Source: Phyllosticta citribraziliensis (taxonomy: Eukaryota). Taken from it: a stretch of 64,000 nt of DNA. This document shows, in pieces, positions 38,301-49,325 of the stretch. The DNA lies in contig NW_027117343.1 in assembly GCF_038025025.1 (NCBI RefSeq), positions 124,001 through 188,000 of the forward strand. Reading direction: 5' to 3'. A model generated the notes under the pieces. The model ran no database searches. It had not been told where the DNA came from and worked only from the letters and a program-made list of their open reading frames with translations. Position numbers and translations under genes: made by a program. Positions within the stretch are counted from its first letter, which is position 1. Every line of letters begins with the position of its first letter.

Positions 38301-39345
38301 CGAGAACGTCACCCCTGCCGACCCTGCCAACCCCGACTCGATCGAGCAAGTCACCTCCGAGGCTGGTGGTGTCTGGTACCCCAACTCGGCGTACAAGACT
38401 GCCCAGGCGATCCGCGACTTCAACAACGGCGAGCAGCTTCCTCTCTTCATCCTTGCCAACTGGCGTGGTTTCTCTGGTGGCCAGCGCGACATGTTCAACG
38501 AGGTCCTCAAGTACGGTTCGTACATTGTCGACGCTCTCGTCAAGTACGAGCAGCCCGTCTTCGTCTACATCCCGCCCTTTGGCGAGCTCCGTGGTGGCTC
38601 GTGGGTCGTCGTCGACCCGACCATCAACCCGACGTTCATGGAGATGTACGCCGACGAGGATTCGCGCGGTGGTGTTCTCGAGCCCGAGGGTATCGTCGGC
38701 ATCAAGTTCCGCAAGGAGCGCCAGCTCGAGACCATGGCCCGCCTCGACACCGTCTACGGCGACCTTAAGAAGAAGTTTGCGGCCACTACGGACAAGGCCG
38801 AACAGGAGAAGATCAAGGCCGAGATGACCAAGCGCGAGCAGCTGCTGCTGCCCGTCTACGCCCAAATCTCGCTCCAGTTTGCCGACCTGCACGACCGCGC
38901 CGGCCGCATGGAGGCCAAGGGCGCCATTCGCAAGCCTCTGCAGTGGATCAACGCGCGCCGCTTCTTCTACTGGCGTCTGCGCCGCCGTCTCAACGAGGAG
39001 TACATCCTCAAGCGCGTCGTCTCGCCCTCGCCCATCTCAACGCCTGCCAACACGACGGCGCCCACCTCTGCCGTCACCCGCGAGGCGCTCCTCGAGCACC
39101 TGCGCGCGTGGTCCAACGTCGCCGACTTCGACTTCGACGACCGGTCGGTGGCGCAGTGGTACGAGCAGGCCAAGGCGGAGATCTCGGCCAAGACGGACGT
39201 GCTGCGCAAGGAGCGCGTCATCGAGGACGTCAAGACGCTGTTCAGCCGCGACCGCGAGGCCAGTCTCAAGGGCGTGCGCGAGATGCTCGAGACGCTGCCG
39301 ACGGGCGAGAAGGAGCTTGTCCTGAAGAGTCTGCTCAGCGCTTAG
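32354..39345 (+). CDS. ACC1: Acetyl-CoA carboxylase (BC-BCCP-CT multidomain), 3 exons; start at ATG 32354 or 32372
   Basis: [42 protein letters not shown], biotinylation motif EVMKM, CT motifs ANSGARIG and ANWRGFSGG. Introns 32543-32602 and 32774-32826. Confidence 0.99.
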
Positions 39346-39732
39346 AAGGCTCTCACAGGTGGTGGGGGAGGAGGCGGAGGCGCGTCGACGTCGTCGGCGG
39401 CGAGTCATAGCTCGGCCCACTCGTTCAAAACTGCGCTGGAGGGCGACGATGCGCAATCTTTCGCTACTGCGCTCGAGACTTTGGGGGTCAGGGAGGAGGC
39501 GGTGGAGGATGATGAACACACGACTGAGGAGAATGCAAATGGGAATGGGAATGGCAATGCAAGCGAAAATGCCTCGGACGGGAGCCTCGAGGCTGTGGAT
39601 ACAGAAGAAGCTCAGGCTGAGGAACAGGAACAGCAAGGGGAGGCCATTGCAACTGCCGCGGCAAATTCTGTCGTTGATGCGAATGCGAATGGGAATGGGA
39701 ACGAAACTGAAGCTGATATGCCCGGCGGTTAG
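39346..39732 (+). other. 128-codon open frame directly in frame behind the ACC1 UAG stop (candidate readthrough extension)
   Basis: GCT TAG AAG GCT CTC ... continues without a stop to TAG 39730-39732: KALTGGGGGGGGASTSSAASHSSAHSFKTALEGDDAQSFATALETLGVREEAVEDDEH...DMPGG. Confidence 0.6.
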
Positions 39733-41220
39733 AATCCGCCCGAGGCCGGCACTGATTGGGTTGTTTGGGATTAAGCAAGGAAGGGAGGTAGAGGGTCATT
39801 ACCGTTACTGTTGCTACCGCTACTGTTGTTTGTTAGAACTGGCTACTGCTACTGGTGGTTGCTTGTCTTCTTCTTTTGTGGGCAGTAGTCTTCTGGACAG
39901 TGTTACTGTTGAACAGTTGCTATACGAGGTTTCTTCATCGTTGCTTATGCTTCTTCTGCTCTGGGATTGCGCTTGTTGTGCTGTTATGTATGTATATGGC
40001 AGAGGACCACGCAATGCAATGCAATAGACAATGCGACATTGACCTTTGCGGAATGGTGGTGGTGGTGTTGCTGTTGTCGTAGCTGTTCAACTATCCAACT
40101 ATCTATATCCATATCTCCATTGCGCTGCTCGCTCTTCACATGCCCATGCCGTTGGCGGAGCGCTCGACCACGGACGCTACGGTACGGTACTGCCCTGCCC
40201 GACCGCAAAACTACCCGTACTCTGTGGTCGCCATCCCTACGCCACAGCATATCCGCCCGCCCGCCGCTCACGCTGAGAGGAGAGAAAGGCGCGGTAGATA
40301 TCGTCAAACAGCCCAGCCCAGCCATCCGTCGCGTGAGACTGGCCCGGTACGGCCCGGCCCGGCCCGGCCCGGCCCGTAGACGACGGCGGCGAAAACGACA
40401 AGAGAGAGAGACAGGTGTAGTGGTGGGTGGTGCAGCCTCTCGGAGCGCGAAGAAGAGAACAAGAAAACCGCGGAGCCAAGATGTCTTCACCTCGAAGCTC
40501 AAGGCCGTCCGAGAGAAGCTGGATAGCTTCACTGCCGGCCCTGCTGGAGTTGCTGGACACAAAATTGAAACGAGAGCAAGAGAGATGAATCCAACACAGG
40601 GGGGCCGCTTGTCAGCGCGCGCGATCGGGTGCGTCTGACGGCTCCAAGTCTCTCCGAAGTTGTCCACGCTCAGGTTCAGCGGCGCCGAAAGAGGTTTGCT
40701 GCTGGCCATGTCGACGTCGATTGGTTCGTCATGGACACGGTGCACCTTCGCCGTCGGTTTGGCCTCAACAGAGCGCATTCGCAGCTGAGCATGGCATGTC
40801 CGCGCTTGGATCCGAGGCTGCAGGCACTTGTTGCGCGCCCGGGGAGAGTTGATGCGGTGAATGGCTTCGAAAGAGGATCTGGGCTGTCGGTCAGTATTGG
40901 GCGATTTCGTGACAAACCGCGCAGGATCAGACAGGACCGTGTCGTCGAATTCCATTCACTGCTGCGTGGGGGCTTTCGTTGGCCACTGCAGCTAGATCGA
41001 GTGAGTATCTCTCTTTCGACGCTCACTGTGCAAGTTCATGGCGAGGCCAACGGCGATTGGTCACCGAGTTCTTCAACACGCAAGCTGTGGTGCTGGACTG
41101 TTCCAATGCTAGCTGAATCGCTCGTTGAGGGAGAAATGGAGGGTGTGTGGTGTTTGCTTCATATCGCAACTCGTTAATAGAAGAAAGAGAAATGGAGACG
41201 TGTTGGATGGAGAGAGACGA

Positions 41221-42153
41221 TCATTGCCGCTGATCCCACGAGCGCAACACCCAGTGGGAGAGCTTCGGTTGATAGCGAAGCTCGCAAGTCCCAACTTTCA
41301 AGATACAGAGATCGTGCAGCTGCCAGGCATCGGGCAACCATGTCAAGTGTCTATCGGATGGCCCGCACTCATCTAGATCGAAGCCGGTATCTGACAGAAA
41401 CGCAAAGCAACGCTCGAGGTGTTGTTTGTAGTCGCGGAACTCTCTCAAATCTTGGTGTTTGTCTTCGAACGTCAGGCTCTCGTGATGACAAAAAAGGACG
41501 TGTAATACGATGCTCCTTAGAATGACGTGGTCGTATAGCCATGTGTCGGCCTTGTGTGTTGCAGTAGGAATGAGCTTGAGAGCATCCAGGAACTCGGGCT
41601 TAGGCCAGGTGTCGAGGAAGATAGGACCGGACTTTGGGAAGAGGTCTTCTCTGAGTGCTGGTACCTGGTAAAAGTCCGCGACGGCCCACATACGGAAGAG
41701 AAACTTCATATCGGACGAGTCCTTTGGGACCTCACAGGATGAATAGTACATCCAGCGCAGCATGGCCTCGACAGCGACGGGATCTGCATGGCTCATCTGG
41801 ATTTCGGCGGTCGATTCCTGTCGTGACGTCAAAAAAGCCCTCATCAAGTGTGGACGAGATTTACCGCAGCAACCAGATCAGTTTCCAACGACTTCGTAAA
41901 AGCCTCACTAAATCCGCAAACGATGATCCTGTGCATTCGAAGCGTCTTTCCGCTGGGAGATTTGATGTTAAGGTCGCAGAAGAGGCCATGTTCGAACAAG
42001 CTGGATCGTTGCTGGTTAGTCCTGCCGTAGTCCTCAACTGCTGGTCGCAGCCGTAAACCGGGCTACTTGCTGCCGGAATTTCTGTCTGACGGGAATCAGA
42101 GGGGCCACGGTGGTCGGGCGATCTCCTGAGCTGGGACCACTTTCGGCAGACAT
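41221..42153 (-). CDS. BTB/POZ-domain protein, 3 exons
   Basis: MSAES...FRQQVAR/LFEHGLFCDLNIKSPSGKTLRMHRIIVCGFSEAFTKSLE.../ESTAEIQMSHADPVAVEAMLRWMY...MWAVADFYQVPAL. Introns 42001-42058 (weak GTTTAC donor) and 41818-41864. Confidence 0.78.
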
Positions 42154-42499
42154 CTGACACGCTTGTTTGATGCTGTTCCAGAGAAAGGCTCGGTCGTTGT
42201 TTTGTTTCGATATCGTACGCGTGCGGGGGCGCGTCCCAATATACTTTTGTATACACGGAATACGCGACAGGCTGCGAGTGGTACCCTTGACATTTCCCAT
42301 AGTTGCGGCCCGGCCCGCCCTCGTTGCGAATTTTGCGCCCCCATCCAGGTTGATTTTGAGACTCATCGTCTTGTCCGCAGGACCCGTGCACTTGGGCCAT
42401 GGTTCATGCCCGTATCGATATCGATGCTTTCAGGATTCCGTTGGCTATGTCGTTTCACCTTCATCGCAGCTTCTTGTAGAGGTTATGATTTGAAGACCA

Positions 42500-43352
42500 T
42501 TAGTAGTACTGAAACTTGTTTTCGCCGACCGTGCCGCAGATTGGACAGGCACAGGGGGGTTCGTCGGTTAAGATAGGCAGAAAGAATTCCGAATTGCATT
42601 CGAGGCACCGGTACTTCTTAAGCTCTCTAGCAGTGGCAATTTCTTCGCAAAGATCTCTCCAGAAGTCCGTCGCTTCAATTTCCACGAAATTTTGATTGTT
42701 CTGGTACGTCTTAAAGGACCACGCACAAGACCAAAAGGCAGCCTTCCGAAGCTCCCGTTCAGCAGCGGGCGTGGAAGAGTAAATCAGCTCGACAGCTGCG
42801 GGGAGATCATCGTCATCCAGTGGGCGCCGCCATCTTGTGCTTTCGAGGAGGTTGCTGAATGATGCCAATACGTCTTCTTTGAGCGAAGACACCTGGTAAA
42901 AGACCGATGCGATGTACACACGAACGTAGAAAACGAGCGGCTCGACAATGTCTTCTGCGAGAGAGATTTTTCCAGTGTACATCCAGTCAATTAAGAACTC
43001 GATTGCCTCGGTGTCTTCGTGCAAGATCTCGATCACGCCTGTATTGGCCTCCTGCAAAGATTGTCAGACCCTGCTGTGATCGAATGGCGATGCGGTGACG
43101 GACACGAAAGTTGGAAGAGCAAGCCTTCTCGAAAACATCGCTGAAGGCGCAAACCAAGGCCCTGTGGACTTGCTTTGTTTTGCCATTGGGGAGCTTGATT
43201 GTCAGGTCGGAAAGAGGCCGGACTCGTAGAACCTAATGTTTCCGTGCGTCAGGCCTTTGGTATCATAATGCCCTTTGGATGACCTATGCTTACGACTTCA
43301 TCTTATCCCGAAAGCCCTCCGGCAGGGGTGCTGGGACCTGGTCTTCTTCCAT
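42500..43352 (-). pseudogene. BTB/POZ gene with C-terminal zinc ribbon; 1-nt deletion frameshift at ~43211-43213 (pseudogene or sequencing error)
   Basis: MEEDQ...FRDKMKS/FYESGLF[fs]SDLTIKLPNGKTKQVHRALVCAFSDVFEKACSSNFR/EANTGVIEILHEDTEAIEFLIDWMYTG...YRCLEC...CPICG. Introns 43233-43293 and 43052-43103. Confidence 0.78.
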
Positions 43353-44169
43353 TCCGGCTTTCCCAGGCCTAAGCCTTTTGTTTCTCGCAATTCGGAGCCT
43401 CGGGTCGGGTTGAGGGCGCTCAGAGGATTTTCAGATTCGCAGTCGACCAGCGGAAAGAGAGTCTTTGGTGTTGGGGGCGTGGAGGGATATTGATGGATGT
43501 GGTGTTGAGTGTATCGAGAGACGCGCTGCGAACGCGATCCCTGTTGACGCGCTGGTGTGGGGAACCGGGAGTGGGTCGGCTCTTTCCCCGGAGCAGCCAC
43601 AGGCGGCCATCGGCTAATTTCAAACAACCTCACCTCCTCCACGACAACGCCTCGACGTATCCTTCGAAAGTCTTCGCGATGGTCTGCTACAAAAAGAACA
43701 AGTCACCAAAAAATTCCGCCGCGACAAGCAGTCGGAAATGGCGATGGGCATGACAGCATCGAGTCTACGAGCCAGCCAGCGACATGCATGCATTTGTGCA
43801 TCGAACGACGCTCCTTGGCTCCGACGTGTGCTCCAATTTTTAATCGGTGCTTCAGTCGACGAAAGCTGCAGCGCTTACCAGGACGATTCCAGCACGCCGG
43901 GGCTTCAATGCTCCCGGTACTATCCCTTGAACTGACACGCCGCCACGGACCATGGCACGTCATGCACGCTTCTTTCTGGACTTGAAACCTTTCAAACAAT
44001 ATCATTCCAGTGAAATATCGCTAAAACCAAATTCATCGCATGCGTCACGACATCTTCTCGCCGCTTAGTTGGCAACAATCAGTCCAATGGCGGCCAGCTT
44101 CCTCTTCTGGCTCTCGTCGAAGAGCCTCGCCCTCTCCGGGTCGTCGGAAATCGGCGACCTGACCTTCTC

Positions 44170-45416
44170 CTAGCATGGAATCAGCAAATTCCCTCTTGTT
44201 GTTCGCTTGGACTTGATACTTACCCATTCTTCGGACAGCTTTTGATTTCTCCTGAGGAGTATGGCCTTTTCAGCCTCGGCCTTGGTTGTGAACTTGACTC
44301 TCTCCTGCAAGACAGACGTTAGCTCTGTCAATTCCATCCACTTGCCATCAGCAACATACCACAATGTACTCGGCCGTGGAAACGGGAGGGTATCTGGCAG
44401 GGTTCTTCTCGGAACACATGTGGGGAAACACCTGTTCGAGGTCAGTTTCATTCAGAAGCAAAAAAGCACAGGGACGTACGCCAATCTCGTCGTCGTAGTT
44501 GAAGGTGAAGAAGATGGGGATGCTGGTGCGGCACTCGGTGCCGGAGCGGTTGCACACGCGGTGGACGGGGCTCTTGTACAGGTCGTTGGTGCAGCGCGAG
44601 AGGAAGTCTCCGCCGTTGACAATCAGAGCGCCCTCCTTGTTCGGCACCGAGACCCAGCGGCCCTCGTTGGTCAGGACTTCGAGGCCACCCGTCGACGTGT
44701 TGTTGACAGTGACTGCGTTGTAAGCTTCCGCAAACATGTTGGGGAATCGAGAAAAACTCACTGACTTGGTAGTCTGAGTGAGCACCCATGCCGACTTCGT
44801 TGGCCCTCTCATTCGGATCCAGGGGCTTGGGGTTCTTGGCCGGCGGGTAGTACATCAGCCTGCCACTGAGCTGGCGCCTCGTGGTCAAGTGCTCGAACGC
44901 ATCCTCGGGGAGGTCGAGACTCAGGGCGTACAGCTTGACGAGGTGCATCGTGAGGTCAAAAACACCGCTGTAGTACGACCGCATGGCCTCGAAGAAGCCG
45001 GGCAGGTCCTTCTCCTCGGGCCAGGCGTTCTTGACAAACTGGGCCACGGTACCATCCTCCTTCTTGACAACGGGGCGGTTGTCGGCGCTGGCATCGATGG
45101 CCTCCTCGTAGCCAAAGTTGAAGGCCTCCTTGGTCTCACGGTCCCCCTCGGCACTGGTGTAGCCGACCGACTCGTAGCCAAAGCCAAACTTGCCCCTGAG
45201 CGTGTTCTTGACCTCTTGCGGTTGGTCCTCGAAGAAGTGCTTGATCTGGCTGAGGATGCCGTTGACTGCAGTGTCGGGCACTTGGTGTCCGGTAACGTAA
45301 AAGTAGCCCTCCTCCGATGCGACCTTACGGATCTGAGCGGCGACAGCCTTGCGAGCGGCCGGGTCTGTCCAGGTGCCGGACAGGTCAATGGTGGGTGGGA
45401 TGTGAATGTTGGCCAT
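44170..45416 (-). CDS. 2-oxoglutarate/Fe(II)-dependent dioxygenase (isopenicillin N synthase-like fold), at least 4 exons
   Basis: PTIDLS, GYFYVTGHQV, KEAF, RLMYYP, HSD...GGLEV...NGGD...SPVHRV...RTS (HxD...H and RxS). Introns 44713-44761, 44432-44479 and 44305-44359; the extreme 3' end is less certain. Confidence 0.9.
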
Positions 45417-45830
45417 GGTGTTGCGTGCTCAGAGTTGTGGGGACTTTGTTGAATGACTGACTTGTGCAGGCTTGACAATTGCTGGGCAGGAATCCTCCTG
45501 CAATCCTTATATCCTATACCATGATGCGGATTTCAATCGTCGGGTCGTTTGTGGGGTATGGGGTAGGGGCTCGGTCACCGAGCCCTGAAACTCTCCATCG
45601 ACCACCGATCAGGACACCTGATGACGCGTGTGGTCTGAAAAGGGCAACAAATAGAGTTGTGCTTCGGCTTCATCATTCGTAAGTCCGCTACAGCTTTTTC
45701 CCCGCGCGTGTCGTTGCTATCGCCGTCACTGGATTCGGAAAGATTACGCCGAGCCACCCAAAGAAGAACAACACAAAAGGGGCATCCTACTGCGAAGGAT
45801 ACCACCGTCTACGGCATACTACCCTCCATC

Positions 45831-46847
45831 ATGTCCCGCCCCACAATCAACCACTTGACGCAAACGCTTCACCGCACGGTCTATTCAGCCATCGACCCGG
45901 CCAGCCCCTCGAACTCGGCGGCCGGCAAACGCGTCGTCATCAGCAGCGGCGCCACGGGAATCGGCTATGCCATTGCGCAGTCTTTTGTCACCGCCCATGC
46001 TGCTGTCGTGATATTGCTCGCGCGGCGTGCCGACGCCCTCGAGGAGGCCGCGGACAAGTTGCGCGCCTACGCCGCGGAGCAAAACACCGCGACGACCATT
46101 TGGACGTATACTCTCGACATTCGCGACGATGCCGCAACGGGGGCTGTATTTAAAGATGTGCGAAGACGGTTGAATGAGGAGGACACTACGCCCGATGGCA
46201 AGGAAGAGCAGAACCAAGACGTCGACATTCTCGTCACGAGCGCAGCTTACTTTGCACCGCACAACCTCTTCCTCTCCTTCTCGACCGAAACGCTGCGCGA
46301 GAGCTTCGACACCAACGTGCTGGGCAATGCAAACCTCGTCCGCGCGTTCCTGCGCCCCGAAATCCCCTTCATCCCCTTCACGCCCGTCGTGACGCAAGCC
46401 GCGCAACCGGCCACCAAGGCCGATCCCCCTGCCGGCGCCAAACCGCCAACGAGAGCAAAAGTAGTCCTCGACGTCTCATCCATCACAACCTGCGCTGTGG
46501 TCCCCGGCGTGTCGGCGTACGGTGCCAGCAAGTTGGCGTTTACGCGGCTGATGGCGCACCTGCAGGCCGAAGTGTCGACCGCTTTGCCGCACATTCGCAT
46601 ACACAGTTTCCACCCCGGCGCCATCTATTCGCCGGCGATGCAGAAGACGGGCTTTGCGCCTGATTTTATCCGGTGGGATGATGAGAGCTTGCCTGCGGGC
46701 TTTGCCGTTTGGTTGGCGTGTAATGAAGAGGCGGCGTTTCTGAAGGGTCGCTTTGTATTTGCTGCGTGGGATGTGGGTGAGATGGTGGCGATGAGGGAGC
46801 GGTTTGAGAAAGAGCCGGGGCTGTGTCGGATTTCGCTGGATGTTTGA
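45831..46847 (+). CDS. Short-chain dehydrogenase/reductase
   Basis: SSGATGIG Rossmann motif, DILV, NVLG, catalytic S...YGASK, HPG, AAFLKGRF...WDV. Divergent from the dioxygenase. Confidence 0.92.
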   Translation: MSRPTINHLTQTLHRTVYSAIDPASPSNSAAGKRVVISSGATGIGYAIAQSFVTAHAAVVILLARRADALEEAADKLRAYAAEQNTATTIWTYTLDIRDDAATGAVFKDVRRRLNEEDTTPDGKEEQNQDVDILVTSAAYFAPHNLFLSFSTETLRESFDTNVLGNANLVRAFLRPEIPFIPFTPVVTQAAQPATKADPPAGAKPPTRAKVVLDVSSITTCAVVPGVSAYGASKLAFTRLMAHLQAEVSTALPHIRIHSFHPGAIYSPAMQKTGFAPDFIRWDDESLPAGFAVWLACNEEAAFLKGRFVFAAWDVGEMVAMRERFEKEPGLCRISLDV

Positions 46848-46971
46848 TGGAATGTTGGGCGAATATCTCACAGGTTTGCTATGCAACTTGTTTGTTCTTG
46901 TCTTGAACGAATCGACGACGTTCCATTGCGATATTATCGGGTGGTGGTGTTGGCTGATACAAAGCACTCAG

Positions 46972-47871
46972 TCAACTCGCCGCATTACTTCCTAGCTTCA
47001 ATGCATCAATCCTGTTGATGAAGTCTTCCACCGCCTCGTCCTCGACCGGAGGCCTCAGCCCCGCCTGCACCTGCACCTCCATGCGCGACCACGCCAGCGT
47101 CAGCTGCGCATATGTCGTCCCCATGCCAATCTTGCGACCAATGCGGACTGCCTTGAGCACGAATTGCGTAGCGCCAACGCTCGTCTTCAAATCCTCGCCG
47201 CCAAACCTGAGGCCCGCGAGATCGCGAAAGGCCTCGGCGGTCGTGTAGCCCCATCTGGAGCGCAACAGGGCCGCCCAATTAGCGATGCCGCCATCGTCAT
47301 CATCCTCCAGCGTCTTCTTGCGCTGGCTGTCGGTCAGGACGGAGTAGTACCAGATGCGCGCCTCGCCGGCGAGGCAGGTATGCAGCGTCTTGCGGATGAC
47401 GTCGGCGGGAAGCATCTGCATGGCGATGTGCACCGCTTCGATGAAGAGATCCACGGTCCGGTGGAATGGCGAGTTCTTTTGCCCACCGAACACGACGTTG
47501 GCCGAGCCGTACTGCGCTTCGGGCAGGTTGTGGTCGAAGAAGCCGAATTCCTGGGGAATCAGGCGCAGAGGGCTTGGGTCAGCGAGGGCGCTTTGCAGAC
47601 TGGAGAGCCGCTCTTCGAGTTTTCGGTTGTGGGCTTGAACGCTTTGCATATCGGCTTTCAGGTGCTCCAGGTCTGTTGTCAGACGCGCCGTTGTCTCTTC
47701 GATGGATTTTGGAGGTTCTGCGAATTGGTTTGTAAATTCTGCAAATAGTTTTGTCGGCTTTGAAGTTTCGCTCGCCTCGCTCGGCGGCGTGGGCATCTCT
47801 GGCCAGTCGATGGACACGTCGCTGGCAGAGCTCGATTTGGCCCAATCGTTGTTTTTTTGGGACATTGACAT
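46972..47871 (-). CDS. Stand-alone Gag/capsid-like protein, paralog 2 (299 aa, intronless)
   Basis: MPTPPSEAS, coiled coil, FGFFDHNL...HRTVDLFIE...LHTCLAGEARIWY...WAALLRSRW...FVLKAVRIGRKIG...YAQLTLAWSRM...LRPP...VEDFI. Confidence 0.75.
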   Translation of the reverse strand: MSMSQKNNDWAKSSSASDVSIDWPEMPTPPSEASETSKPTKLFAEFTNQFAEPPKSIEETTARLTTDLEHLKADMQSVQAHNRKLEERLSSLQSALADPSPLRLIPQEFGFFDHNLPEAQYGSANVVFGGQKNSPFHRTVDLFIEAVHIAMQMLPADVIRKTLHTCLAGEARIWYYSVLTDSQRKKTLEDDDDGGIANWAALLRSRWGYTTAEAFRDLAGLRFGGEDLKTSVGATQFVLKAVRIGRKIGMGTTYAQLTLAWSRMEVQVQAGLRPPVEDEAVEDFINRIDALKLGSNAAS

Positions 47872-48220
47872 GATTGCCTTCGTAAGAAACAAGCTCGAGT
47901 TTTTAATGAAGAGGTGGAAGCACAATTGACTTCGGGCGAAGGGGATGGAAAGGTGATTGCATCTGTATTTATGTTCCCTTTTGTTGAAGGAGCGGACTGA
48001 AGCTAAAACAGGAACGCAGGACTTCGGTCCCAACGACCGTGCAAAGACGAGCCTCCCTTCGCTTCTGGGTCTGCTTCCCCCTTTGTGCCAGAGATGGATC
48101 CGTGAAGAGGAATTGTCTGCTAATTACTACTGCGGAGCAGTCTCAAACCCCCAAAAGAAAGAATGATCACGACCTGCAAGCACGGCAAATGCCGGGGCAA
48201 ATGCGCCAGCAGGTGCCCTT

Positions 48221-49325
48221 TCAACCGCTCAGCTTGAGCGCCCGAAGCTTTTCGATGAACTCTTCAACCGACTCGTCTTCTGTTGGTGGCTTGACCTTGG
48301 CCTGCATCCCGCGCCCCAATCGCGTGTACGTCAATGTTAGCTGCGAAAAGACGGTCTCCATCCCAATACGGCGCCCGATTTGCACCGCGTAAAGAACAAT
48401 ATTTCGCGGGGAAGTTGTGGTCCATTTTGATATCATCGTACGTGATCTCGAGACTTGCAAGCTTTTGGAACACGCCTTCGGTCGTCAATCCCCACTTCCC
48501 GCGCAGGAGACCAATCCAGTTTGAAAGGCCGTCGCCCTTTGTGAGTTCTTCGCGCTGGTCGGCCGTCAAGATTGACGAATACCACGTGTAGGCGTCTCCG
48601 TGGAGGCAGTGCTGCAGATTATCACGGAGGACTTGCTCCGGGATCTTCTGAGCGGCATTAGCGATGGCCTCGATGAAGAATTCTACGTTGCGGTAGAGGC
48701 GCCGGCCATCCATGCCCGTCGTATAGCTGATAGGGTTGCCTGAAGAATAATCGAAGTCTTTCTGGTAAAACCCAATATCCCGCGGATCAAAACGTGTACG
48801 GGGTTTAGTAGCAGCCTCAGCCAGCGCCTCAACCTTCTCCTTCAGCTCCACAACGTCCTTGCGCAACTTCACATTATCTTCACGCAGCAAAACCAAGTCC
48901 AAATCGCGCCGTCTCTTCTCCTCTTCACGGCGCGTTCTCCACCTCCCTCGTGCCTCAAGCCTCTGCTCGCCATTCCGCTTTTTTTCGATCTCCGCGGCAG
49001 GCCGGCGCTCGGCGCCTTCACTTTCATCTCTGCCATCTCTGCGTCGTTGAGCCCTTTCAACGCGCCTGAACGCTCGCAGTCTTTGCAGTTCAGACGGCTC
49101 GCTGCTCCCAGCTGCAGGCGCGGCCGCGTTTGCGGCGCGCGAATAGTAGGCTTGAAGTCTTTCCTGCTCCTTACAAACATGTGGGTGTCCGCGTGATCCA
49201 GACGGCTCGCTACTCCCAGCTGAAGGCGTGAGGATATCCGAACCGTGCGAGTAGAAGTCGCTTTCGGAGCTGCTGTCGAGTGGTGGGGAGGGTTTGGTGG
49301 CCGATGTGTATGACGTGTCTGACAT
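48221..49325 (-). pseudogene. Stand-alone Gag/capsid-like gene, paralog 3, with a +1 frameshift at ~48398
   Basis: ATG in GCCACCATG context; IGFY...YRNVEFFIE...LQHCLHGDAYTWY...WIGLLRGKW. Homology continues in another frame (VLYAVQIGRRIG...SQLTLTYTRL...KPP...VEEFI). Span is 1105 nt = 3n+1. Confidence 0.72.

Noticed and set aside
33511..38892. Very long antisense ORFs (805 aa and 976 aa) opposite ACC1
   Set aside because: Expected shadow of strong C-ending codon bias on the sense strand; no recognisable motifs.
39984..41177. ORFs of 180-320 aa downstream of ACC1
   Set aside because: Overlapping on both strands, built partly from GGCCC/simple repeats, no domain motifs or codon bias.
42060..42075. 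GC-AG intron donor (GCAAGT) for the BTB gene at 41221-42153
   Set aside because: Alignment with the neighbouring paralog (FRQQVAR-LF vs FRDKMKS-FY) favours the GT donor at 42058; cannot be settled without RNA-seq.
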